Positions 20,228-28,500 of a stretch of DNA of 54,047 nucleotides are shown here, one piece after another. Location of the stretch: positions 1-54,047 of the forward strand of contig NZWD01000008.1 in assembly GCA_002698225.1 (NCBI GenBank). The letters run 5' to 3'. The translations under genes were made by a program, and so were the position numbers. The notes under the pieces were generated by a model. The model saw only the letters and a program-made list of their open reading frames with translations. It did not search any database and was not told the DNA's origin. This DNA is from Methanobacteriota archaeon. GTDB taxonomy: Archaea; Thermoplasmatota; Poseidoniia; Poseidoniales; Thalassarchaeaceae. The first letter of the stretch is position 1, and each line of letters opens with the position of its first letter.

Positions 20228-22159
20228 ATGGCCGGCGATGATGGCGAAATTCTAGTCGCTGAGATTGCCGATGAGTGGAAGACAGAAGAACCGATTCGTA
20301 TCGGTACCCCATTGCAGCCTAAACAGACTGCCTTCGCAATAGCAGCTCTAGTGGTTGCGGCGATGTTCATCGCTCTAGTGATGCAAAATCTCGTATTCGA
20401 TTCGGTCGAAGAGACTCAGGAGCCTCAAGGGGGCTACGAACGCGTCCCTGTATGGGAGCGTGCTAACTGGCCCTATGTCACTAACGGGCCACATGGATTC
20501 GTGATGGAATACGGGCCGTACAGCCTAGCTGCCACCGACAATGAGTGGAATTCAACTCATCACTTCGTGGAGTTTACCCTCCCTCTTGCAGAAGGAGGCT
20601 CAGCGCCAAATGGCCTAGTCAGCCTTGCCTATTGGTTGCCAGATGTTCCCGAAGGCGTGCAGGTGCCGATGATCGCTGAGTTCGGCCCCTACTTCGATGA
20701 GCAGAGCGTCTCGACCCCTAGTATCGAGGTTCCTGGAACTTGGCTGGGCCAGATGATTATCGATCAGATCCTACCGCACGGATATGGCTTTGCACAGGTC
20801 TCGGTGATGGGTACTGGACGCTCTAACCACTGTATGGATTTGATGGGTAATGCAGAGCAGCTTGGTGTTGATGCCGCGGTTACATGGCTTGGTAGTCAGA
20901 ACTGGAGCAATGGCAAGGTTGCGATGATTGGCAAGTCCTACGATGGCAGCACTCCTTGGCAGGCAGCGATGTTCGGCAACGAGCACCTTGCCACCATAGT
21001 CCCAATCTCAGGGCTGATCGGATTGATGGAGTTGATGTGGAAGAATGGATCGAACGAGGCCCGAGCCCCATTCATGCACAATGTGGTCTACGGCAGTTAT
21101 GGACTGGACGGCGACACTGGGGACATCGGTAATGCCTGTCCCGATTACGCATTAGGGCCGGCTGCGGGGACTGGGGCGTATGTATGGGGTGGCGAGGCTG
21201 TTGGAAACTACTGGGAGGAGCGCTACTTCTTGCAGCGCGTGTTGGACAACTACAACGGCTCGGTTTACTTGATTCAGGGAATGCATGATTGGAATGTCGA
21301 TCCTCATATGGCGGTACCTACAATCAATATTCTGAAACAGCATGGAATAGATGCTAAGGGACTGTTTGGACAGTGGGACCACGACTACCCAGACCGTCCG
21401 GACTACCACTTCGATCGCTCGGGCGAGGGTCGCGGGCGCGAGGCCTATCCGCAGATGACCCGATTTGACTGGATGCAGGACCTCCTCGAGTGGTTCGACT
21501 ACTACCTCAAGGGAATAGGTGACAAGCCGGGCCAGTGGATTGAGATTCAGTCCAACTACGGTGAGTGGAGGCTCGAGGATCATTATCCACCACAGGGAAT
21601 GGAAACCCTAGCATTTGACTTAGGAGGAGGCATGTCCAATATTGGCGGCACAACCACCATTCTACCTGATGCTAGCACAGGTCCAGTATACGAGACCGCC
21701 CCCCTTGAGGAAGGAATTTGGATCGCAGGACTGCCTCGATTGCATGTAGATGTTCGAACCTCGACCATTGGCGGACAGATATACGCTCTAATGGAGGACT
21801 GCGACGAGTCCGGGCAATGTATTCACCTAGGTCACGCCATCATGGATCTACGATATCATGAAGGAGGCACTGAGGAGCAGATTTGGCTCCCTCTACTTGA
21901 GACAATCAACGCTAAGATGGAGTTCTTCACTCTCGATGCATATGTGGATGCCAACCACACTATCAGGCTGAGCCTATTCTCGACTGGAGAGGATTATCTG
22001 CCCGCGAGTACAAGCTCAGTAGTCACAGTTCAGGAAGGCACCGGATCGACTCTGCAGTTGGATATCATCGACCCGGCCGACAAACTGTGGTTCGATCCTC
22101 CAGCATGTACTCATTCGGTATGCCTTGACTGGCTGAACCAGACTACAGACGCTACTTGA
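20228..22159 (+). CDS. Membrane-anchored CocE/NonD family hydrolase (Xaa-Pro dipeptidyl peptidase S15-like)
   Basis: N-terminal TM, GTGRS, WSNGKVAMIGKSYDG nucleophile elbow, HDWNV (Asp), GQWDH (His), PepX_C-like C-domain. Confidence 0.85.
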   Translation: MAGDDGEILVAEIADEWKTEEPIRIGTPLQPKQTAFAIAALVVAAMFIALVMQNLVFDSVEETQEPQGGYERVPVWERANWPYVTNGPHGFVMEYGPYSLAATDNEWNSTHHFVEFTLPLAEGGSAPNGLVSLAYWLPDVPEGVQVPMIAEFGPYFDEQSVSTPSIEVPGTWLGQMIIDQILPHGYGFAQVSVMGTGRSNHCMDLMGNAEQLGVDAAVTWLGSQNWSNGKVAMIGKSYDGSTPWQAAMFGNEHLATIVPISGLIGLMELMWKNGSNEARAPFMHNVVYGSYGLDGDTGDIGNACPDYALGPAAGTGAYVWGGEAVGNYWEERYFLQRVLDNYNGSVYLIQGMHDWNVDPHMAVPTINILKQHGIDAKGLFGQWDHDYPDRPDYHFDRSGEGRGREAYPQMTRFDWMQDLLEWFDYYLKGIGDKPGQWIEIQSNYGEWRLEDHYPPQGMETLAFDLGGGMSNIGGTTTILPDASTGPVYETAPLEEGIWIAGLPRLHVDVRTSTIGGQIYALMEDCDESGQCIHLGHAIMDLRYHEGGTEEQIWLPLLETINAKMEFFTLDAYVDANHTIRLSLFSTGEDYLPASTSSVVTVQEGTGSTLQLDIIDPADKLWFDPPACTHSVCLDWLNQTTDAT

Positions 22160-22343
22160 TGCCGCCCTTTTCGTAGCGACGGGTCCACTTGAGTCGGCGT
22201 GGGTTGCGGTTGAGCTTGAGCATGTTCTTGCGTGCCTTACTGTCCTTGAAGTAGAACACACTACCGTCGCGCTTGACGAACATCATGCCAGTGCCTGGCT
22301 CGATCTCTTCGTGCGTGAAACTGCAGATGCGGCGCTCAGGCAT
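22152..22343 (-). CDS. rpl24e: 50S ribosomal protein L24e
   Basis: IEPGTG..FVKRDG....F...K..KN..L.RNPR.LKWT. Confidence 0.95.
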   Translation of the reverse strand: MPERRICSFTHEEIEPGTGMMFVKRDGSVFYFKDSKARKNMLKLNRNPRRLKWTRRYEKGGIK

Positions 22344-22347
22344 CTAT

Positions 22348-22569
22348 TCACCTCCGGCCACCAATACTGCGGGCTTCGCGACCAGTATCCTTCAGCATCA
22401 GGACATCACCGACTCGAATCGGGCCCAGCACATTGCGTGCAATGATTCGTCCGATGTCACGTGGGTTGGCAGCATCGTTTACGCGAACCTTCACCTGAAT
22501 TGCTTCACCGCTCATTCCGGTCCGACCGACCACTTCGACCACTTCAGCAGGCCATGACTCTTGAGCCAT
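22348..22569 (-). CDS. rps28e: 30S ribosomal protein S28e
   Basis: [21 protein letters not shown]...[21 protein letters not shown]. Confidence 0.95.
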   Translation of the reverse strand: MAQESWPAEVVEVVGRTGMSGEAIQVKVRVNDAANPRDIGRIIARNVLGPIRVGDVLMLKDTGREARSIGGRR

Positions 22570-22591
22570 ATCGAATCACTCCATCTCCAAG

Positions 22592-22972
22592 CTACTGTGA
22601 AAGTGTCGAGCAGTGTCCATCGACTTCCTTGAACTTGTCTTCGGCTTCCTTGTCGACATCCATTACTGCGATTGCAGCGGTTCTAGTGCCTAGACTCATT
22701 CCTGCTGCCTCGGCCAGATATGCCTGGTCTTCGACATAGATGAAGGGTATACTCTTCTCCTTGCAAATCATTGGGATGTGAGCCAAAAGCTCACCTGGAT
22801 TGACATTCTCTGCCATCACTACCATCTTCGCTGTGCCGCGCTCTGCAGCCTTGGTGACTTCGTTGGCGCCCTTCTTCAGACGACCTCTTTCATCCTTGCC
22901 TAGAGACTTGACCATCTCGTAGACCTGTTCTTGTATGTCGCTTGGGGTTTCAAATGCTATATGTACACTCAT
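22592..22972 (-). CDS. rpl7ae: 50S ribosomal protein L7Ae
   Basis: KKGANEVTKAAERG.AK.V..AE.V.P.E...H.P..C.EK.IP. Start at ATG 22972 after SD GAGGAG. Confidence 0.95.
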   Translation of the reverse strand: MSVHIAFETPSDIQEQVYEMVKSLGKDERGRLKKGANEVTKAAERGTAKMVVMAENVNPGELLAHIPMICKEKSIPFIYVEDQAYLAEAAGMSLGTRTAAIAVMDVDKEAEDKFKEVDGHCSTLSQ

Positions 22973-22990
22973 TGGAACTACTCCTCGTGT
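22965..22990 (-). promoter_or_regulatory. Kink-turn overlapping the SD and start codon of rpl7ae (putative L7Ae autoregulatory element)
   Basis: mRNA ACAC-GA-GGAG-UAG-UUCC-AAU-GA-GUGU: C-stem GGAG/UUCC, 3-nt bulge AAU, tandem G.A/A.G, NC-stem ACAC/GUGU. Confidence 0.75.
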
Positions 22991-23056
22991 GGGTAAGCCG
23001 CCGCACGGCGTGGCCGATATAAACGAAACGGATTCATAGGATTCGACCATAGGTCG

Positions 23057-23992
23057 CTAGCATTGCTCCATCAGACGCCTCAGACCTCTAGCAAGAGCGG
23101 GTGCTGCGCTCACTACAGCCCTTGGATTAGGAAGTGAATCAGTACTGTGGACACCGTCGACATGACTGGCCAAGCGCAGCATTGCTCCGCCAGTAAATAG
23201 GCCGTGTGTACATGCGGCGTGGACTTCGGTGGCGCCCTGCCGACGCAGGGCATCACTGGCCCGACAGATGGTACCACCAGTACTAATCATATCATCAACA
23301 ATAGCGACAATCTTGCCATCGACATTTAGGTTCTTGGGGGTATGCTCGATGGTGTGGGCGTCAATCCTTGTTTTCTCAAGGTAGGAGAACTCACAGTCGA
23401 TGAGGCCGGCGACCTCGGAGGCTCTGGCTATAGCCCCCTTGTCCGGGCTGAGTACGAAGTCAGGGCAAACTTCGGACTCAAGCAATTCTGCAATCTCAGG
23501 CATAGCACTAACAAATTCTATCGGAACGCCCATTTCTTTCAGTACATCAGGCTCGTGCAGATCAAGAATAGCTATTCCGTCACAACTCCTCTCTAGCAAC
23601 TCGGCGATGACTCGCGCCGAAATCGCCTCCCCACTGGAGAAGCGCTTGTCCTGGCGCGAGTACCCGTAGTAGGGGATTGCTAGGAATACACCACTTCCGA
23701 CATCATCCATCTTCTGGACTCCCTCTTCCTTGAGATTGGAAAGATTCCCTTTGCGAACATCAGCGATGGCCTCCAGCAGCAGTATGGTACTGACTATACC
23801 CGAGTCTGGATAGGTGTTGGAGACCAAAACTACTGGCTCCGAGCGAACCGACTCTATCGCCTCAGCAGGAACTCTGACGTAACCTTCTCCATCAGGGAAT
23901 CTACGACTCTCCAATTCGATGAACTGCATTCCGAGTAGTGGTGCCAGTGACGCCGCAACTTCACGGCCGGATGAGCCACTAACCACAGGCAT
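23057..23992 (-). CDS. prs: Ribose-phosphate pyrophosphokinase
   Basis: RRFPDGE, PYYGYSRQDK, DLH, SPDKGA, IVDDMISTGGT, CTHG. Confidence 0.93.
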   Translation of the reverse strand: MPVVSGSSGREVAASLAPLLGMQFIELESRRFPDGEGYVRVPAEAIESVRSEPVVLVSNTYPDSGIVSTILLLEAIADVRKGNLSNLKEEGVQKMDDVGSGVFLAIPYYGYSRQDKRFSSGEAISARVIAELLERSCDGIAILDLHEPDVLKEMGVPIEFVSAMPEIAELLESEVCPDFVLSPDKGAIARASEVAGLIDCEFSYLEKTRIDAHTIEHTPKNLNVDGKIVAIVDDMISTGGTICRASDALRRQGATEVHAACTHGLFTGGAMLRLASHVDGVHSTDSLPNPRAVVSAAPALARGLRRLMEQC

Positions 23993-24053
23993 GTGACAGG
24001 GAGTCGAACTGACGGCCCTTCATGACTCTGCCGACCACCTAGGAGACAGTAAT

Positions 24054-24131
24054 TGGTGGGCATGACAGGATTTGAACCTGCGACCTCCCGGTTATCAGCC
24101 GGGTGCTCCAGCCAAACTAAGCTACACGCCC
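24054..24131 (-). tRNA. tRNA-Ile(GAT), CCA encoded
   Basis: Reverse complement GGGCGTGTAGCTTAG...CCCGG-CTGATAA-CCGGG...GGTTCAAATCC...ATGCCCACCA. Confidence 0.95.
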
Positions 24132-24184
24132 TGAGCAGACATGCGAGAAGCAAATCCGATTTCAAGATGTTCCCTGTGGAACAA

Positions 24185-24772
24185 TCACTCTTCTTCGAGA
24201 TCTCCACTATTCAGTTTCAGATAACTGGGCAAGGTGACCAATCTCTGCACCGAGCAGCGTAGTATGATTTCATCAAGTCGCGCTGTCGTCCTGGCTAGCT
24301 GTGCAACTGGCACCACGATAGTATCGGGCAACTGGTGCCTGGCCTTTACAACATAGTGCGGCTGAATAACGACCCCTTTGTAGGTGCGCTTAATCTTCCT
24401 CAAGCCGATTACATTGCCTAGATCCATTCCATCATTATCCAAGACCGCCCTGTCGACTAGTTCGTCCGGTGCGAACAACTTCTCGTCGATTCTGACGGTG
24501 TTCCTCCAACGTCGCTGCAACTCACGCATTGACTTGGACAGTTTCACACCGCCGTCTGGCAAGATACTGTGCACCAGTTCTTTCGATAGCGGAGCGAACT
24601 CCGCTGGTTTTCTCATGTATTGTTCAGCTACTTCGCCTTCGACCTTGATTCGCATCGATTGCACGAGCTCGTCGCGCGGATGGAATCGTTCGCCGGTAAT
24701 CACACCAACGCGGGTGTTGCCGACATAGACATCCCTCTCCAATAGTTCCTGTATTCTGTATTCATCGCTCAT
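24185..24772 (-). CDS. Tandem PRC-barrel-like protein
   Basis: Two PRC-like starts: ELLERDVYVGNTRVGVITG and ELVDRAVLDNDGMDLGNVIG. Confidence 0.55.
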   Translation of the reverse strand: MSDEYRIQELLERDVYVGNTRVGVITGERFHPRDELVQSMRIKVEGEVAEQYMRKPAEFAPLSKELVHSILPDGGVKLSKSMRELQRRWRNTVRIDEKLFAPDELVDRAVLDNDGMDLGNVIGLRKIKRTYKGVVIQPHYVVKARHQLPDTIVVPVAQLARTTARLDEIILRCSVQRLVTLPSYLKLNSGDLEEE

Positions 24773-24840
24773 TCAAATTCCCCCCCGTTGGGAGGAGAAC
24801 TGCATCCCCCAAGCATTTCTCCCGTCTGTAAGATAGTTGC

Positions 24841-24975
24841 TTGGCACTTATACTATACTATAACAAAGACCGATAATCCAATTAGAATATTCAATGTATT
24901 CTAAAAATTTCAATTAGAAAACTAAAATCAGTTTGATTATTTGAGTGATTATCAGAATTCCAGTTTCTACCGATT
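24841..24975. promoter_or_regulatory. AT-rich divergent intergenic region with inverted repeat
   Basis: Markedly AT-rich compared with the flanks. TTAGAATA-N7-TATTCTAA at 24882-24904; CAATTAGAA occurs twice. Confidence 0.5.
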
Positions 24976-25047
24976 ATGGATCATTTCGAATACTCACAAC
25001 TGGGTTGTAGACGAATGTTGATGAGTATGTCCGTGTTGGCTTTGACG

Positions 25048-26559
25048 ATGGGAGATTGGCTGGCTTCTCTGGAGTCTATTCGAAACGCCACCGGTGACTC
25101 TAGAACGATTGGAATTTCAGATAGTGCAATCAGCGACTTCCTTGAGTCTGACCCAACTCTCAGCCGTGCTATTGAGGAGGCTGCAGCTACCTTTGAGCGC
25201 TTGGCAATCGACCACGCAGATCATTTGAGGCTGGACGAAGCTAGTCTGGCAGAGTACCTACAGTCTGACTATGTCAACTTCTACTCAGCACCGACTGTGA
25301 ACCCATATGTTGCTCTAGCGGCTAGGGGGCCATGGATAGTTACCTCCCACGGAGCTGTACTTCATGACAATGGAGGATACGGCATGATGGGAATGGGTCA
25401 CGGACCCGACGATGTGCTGCATTCGATGAAGCAAAACTGGGTCATGGCCAATGTAATGACTCCTTCATTCAGTCAGAAGCGTCTCGCTGATAGGCTGAGA
25501 AAAGAGGTCGGCCATACTAGAGGTAGTTGCCCATTCTCTCACTTCGTATGTTTGAACAGCGGATCTGAATCAGTTACCGTCTCGATGCGAATTGCGGATG
25601 CAAGTAGTAAGACAATGACCGGACCTGGAGGGCGTCATGAGGGCAAGCAGACCAAGTTGCTGGCTCTGACCGATGCATTCCACGGCCGCACCCAGAGGCC
25701 AGCCATGATTTCTGATTCATGCAGCAAGTCCTACGAAAAGAATCTCGCAACTTTCCGCGAGCGCGACAATGTAATCTTCACTCCTTCCAATGATATCGAC
25801 TCACTCAGAGCAGTCTTCGCTCGCGCAGAGGAGGAAGGATTCTTCATCGAATTGATGGCTATGGAGCCGGTGATGGGAGAGGGCAATCCAGGCCAGTGTG
25901 TCACAAGAGAGTTCTACGATACTGCTCGCTCTCTTTGTACTGAGCATGGTAGCATGCTAATAGTCGACTCTATTCAAGCCGGACTGAGGGGACAGGGCTG
26001 TCTCAGTATAATCGACTACGAAGGATTCGAGGACTGCGAGATTCCTGACATGGAGACATGGTCCAAGGCCCTCAATGCCGGACAGTATCCACTCTCAGTA
26101 GTAGGTCTGTCTGAGAAAGCGGCTTCGCAGTATGTTGTAGGAATCTATGGCAATACGATGACCACCAACCCAAGAGCCCTTGAGACAGCCATCTCAGTGC
26201 TTGATAGAATCACTCCCGACTTGAGGAATAATATCAGGCAGCGTGGCTCGGAATTCGTCGAGAAGTTGGAAATACTAGCCGAGGAATTCCCCAATTCAAT
26301 AGTAAGCGTCCAGGGAACTGGTTTGCTCCTATGCGCGGAGATGCACCCCGAGGATCTACCTGTCATTGGTTTCGGCTGCGTTGAGGAATGGTGCAGGGAG
26401 AACGGACTTGGAGTCATTCACGGTGGCCAGAATGCCCTGAGATTCACACCTCACTTCGCTATCACCTCAGCCGAGATCGATCTGATTATCGATATCCTTA
26501 GGGACTGCCTCAATCACTTCTCCTCGGCAGATAAGGTCGAGGCCGAGTCGGCTGTCTAG
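25048..26559 (+). CDS. Class III aminotransferase (lysine-6/ornithine aminotransferase-like)
   Basis: NSGSES, AFHGRT, EPVMGEG, DSIQAG, PLP Lys in WSKALNAG, GTGLL, LRFTP. Start uncertain (25021-25048). Confidence 0.85.
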   Translation: MGDWLASLESIRNATGDSRTIGISDSAISDFLESDPTLSRAIEEAAATFERLAIDHADHLRLDEASLAEYLQSDYVNFYSAPTVNPYVALAARGPWIVTSHGAVLHDNGGYGMMGMGHGPDDVLHSMKQNWVMANVMTPSFSQKRLADRLRKEVGHTRGSCPFSHFVCLNSGSESVTVSMRIADASSKTMTGPGGRHEGKQTKLLALTDAFHGRTQRPAMISDSCSKSYEKNLATFRERDNVIFTPSNDIDSLRAVFARAEEEGFFIELMAMEPVMGEGNPGQCVTREFYDTARSLCTEHGSMLIVDSIQAGLRGQGCLSIIDYEGFEDCEIPDMETWSKALNAGQYPLSVVGLSEKAASQYVVGIYGNTMTTNPRALETAISVLDRITPDLRNNIRQRGSEFVEKLEILAEEFPNSIVSVQGTGLLLCAEMHPEDLPVIGFGCVEEWCRENGLGVIHGGQNALRFTPHFAITSAEIDLIIDILRDCLNHFSSADKVEAESAV

Positions 26560-26566
26560 TGGTAAG

Positions 26567-27256
26567 ATGATGCCGAGGACCGTTCACATCACGGGTCCGG
26601 TGGATGCATTCCGACAAGCCCTAGAAGACAGGCTACAGAGAGCTGGCGCCACCATCACGGATGAGGTTGGAGCCGCCGAAATCAGAGTCTCAATGGGTCA
26701 GGGAGACAGAGGAGACAGAGGAGACATCGCCATCATACCATCAGATTCCCAGTCTGTCGAGGCAGGATTGATTGTCAGAGTGCATGACCTACTTGTCCCG
26801 GAGGGGGCCGAGGACTGGGGTTCGCAAACAATCCACGAGTGGGCCGATTGGGTAATGGACGGGGCCAAGGGAGAGCCTAGCTCTGACGAGCCACGACATT
26901 GGGTGCATGTTAGGGATGCGACGGATGCCCTAGCCATTCTGATTTTGTCCGATCATAAATCCTTGGGCACTATCGATATGTGCGGCAGAAGGGCCTGGTC
27001 TCGTGAATCAATAATCACAGAAATGTCACTTCTGTGGGGGCGCTTCACCGATTCCTTGCAGCATACTCACACAATCTCATCGCTCACAGGGAGCCCCAGC
27101 CCGGTGTCGTCAAACAACACTCCAGTGGTAAGGCCGGACCTAGGCCCACTGCACGACATGCTCCTGAGAGCTGGAGGTGATGGCTGGCGTCCATTGGTGC
27201 CCCTGAGGGTATCACTAATGGAAGTCCTAGCGCACAGGGACGAAGGCTCAACGTGA
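26567..27256 (+). CDS. Hypothetical protein, degenerate NAD-dependent epimerase (extended SDR)-like
   Basis: HITGPVDAFRQAL resembles a decayed TGxxGxxG; RHWVHVRDATDA resembles RDFVHVxD; no YxxxK. Confidence 0.5.
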   Translation: MMPRTVHITGPVDAFRQALEDRLQRAGATITDEVGAAEIRVSMGQGDRGDRGDIAIIPSDSQSVEAGLIVRVHDLLVPEGAEDWGSQTIHEWADWVMDGAKGEPSSDEPRHWVHVRDATDALAILILSDHKSLGTIDMCGRRAWSRESIITEMSLLWGRFTDSLQHTHTISSLTGSPSPVSSNNTPVVRPDLGPLHDMLLRAGGDGWRPLVPLRVSLMEVLAHRDEGST

Positions 27257-27430
27257 GTTCTTGTCAGCCTGGACCTGCTTGCGAACATCCTGAGCGGTGT
27301 TCTTAGCGGCCTGCATTGCCTTTCTTACACGGGTACCGGCGGCGCTGTTACCCCGGTCGTGCTTGGCGGCATCTCCTAGTGCGTCTCCTAGTGCATCAAT
27401 CATTCCCTGTACCATTTCTTCTACGGACAT
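27248..27430 (-). CDS. Histone H1-like Hc1-family small protein (60 aa)
   Basis: DAAKHDRGNSAAGTRVRKAMQ..K..AQDVRK matches the GNKAAGTR.RK signature. Confidence 0.8.
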   Translation of the reverse strand: MSVEEMVQGMIDALGDALGDAAKHDRGNSAAGTRVRKAMQAAKNTAQDVRKQVQADKNSR

Positions 27431-27491
27431 GGCGCGCCCGCTCCATTGACCGTCTTTATGCATTTGCACGGCAGGTGTAGCGATTTTGCTG

Positions 27492-28475
27492 CTAGTCCCT
27501 GAACAAGTCTGCGCCGAGAATAGGCAATAGTACCGAAGCATCCCCCTCGACCACAACCTGAGGTGCCTCCGGTCTCACCTTGCCCCAGGATACAGCCTCC
27601 TTGAGACGAGCTCCCGATAGTGAACCGTCATGTTCGGGAGCGGTGGTTATAGCGACAGCCGAGTCTAGACCTCCTCGATATTGGTTCCACCAGATTACAT
27701 GATGCTTTGAGATTCCTCCACCTACCATCAGGGCATGACTCTCCTCGGCCGGCCAAGTCAAATCCGAGAGAACCTGCTCGTCTGCAAGAAAGTCAATCAT
27801 GAACGATGGACTCTTCTGACGGTGCATGAATAGCTGTGAACCAATCGCACCATCGGATAGTCCCGGGATGACGATTGGGATTCGGTGCTTGGCTGCCCAG
27901 TGCAGGAGTGATCTCTCATCCTTGATTCTATCACCGATTGCCCAGCACAGTTCGACTGAACCGAATCCCAGCCATGGGTTGTCGGGCTGTGTTGCTAACC
28001 GCTCTGTTTCGATCTCTTTCAACCAGGGTAACATCACGCTCTCGATTATCTCGCCATAGCACTCGTTGGGTACGATTACATTTCCAAGACGGTTGAGTCC
28101 TTCCTCACCGAGTGCTATATCGTCGAGCTCAAAATCTCCGTGGAAGTAGTCCTGAAATGTTCTGGCTATGTCATGATCGAGCGTCCCGCATGTAGTGATT
28201 ACGACATTGAACGACTTGCGCTTGAGCGCCTCGAGGAAGAACCCACGAGTTCCAGTGGCGCACAGGCAGGCTGGGAACGATAGCCAGTTCAGTACCCCTT
28301 TGCGAGAGCTCTTCGCTATCGCATCCGACATCATGTCTCGTGCATGAGCTAGCTTAGTGGCGGTGAATCCGCCAGCACGACCCATTTGGTTGATGAGTGA
28401 CCTGACATCGTCGACAGCAGAGAAGTCGTAATCCTCGACGGGAGCGGAGAAGTCATCCTTGCTGTAGCGGGACAC
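27492..28475 (-). CDS. dys: Deoxyhypusine synthase
   Basis: ATGTRG, TTCGTLDHD, NRLGN, GGGISKHH, DGSLSGA..EAVSWGK. GTG start at about 28475 is inferred. Confidence 0.93.
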   Translation of the reverse strand: MSRYSKDDFSAPVEDYDFSAVDDVRSLINQMGRAGGFTATKLAHARDMMSDAIAKSSRKGVLNWLSFPACLCATGTRGFFLEALKRKSFNVVITTCGTLDHDIARTFQDYFHGDFELDDIALGEEGLNRLGNVIVPNECYGEIIESVMLPWLKEIETERLATQPDNPWLGFGSVELCWAIGDRIKDERSLLHWAAKHRIPIVIPGLSDGAIGSQLFMHRQKSPSFMIDFLADEQVLSDLTWPAEESHALMVGGGISKHHVIWWNQYRGGLDSAVAITTAPEHDGSLSGARLKEAVSWGKVRPEAPQVVVEGDASVLLPILGADLFRD

Positions 28476-28500
28476 GACCCCTCGCACTGCTTCCGGGACT

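Noticed and set aside
9869-24131. Integrated element at or between the two tRNAs
   Set aside because: No integrase and no duplicated tRNA 3' end seen; the flanks are housekeeping genes.
24841-24975. Replication origin (DUE) in the AT-rich gap
   Set aside because: No cdc6/orc1 nearby and no recognisable ORB repeats; kept only as a regulatory candidate.
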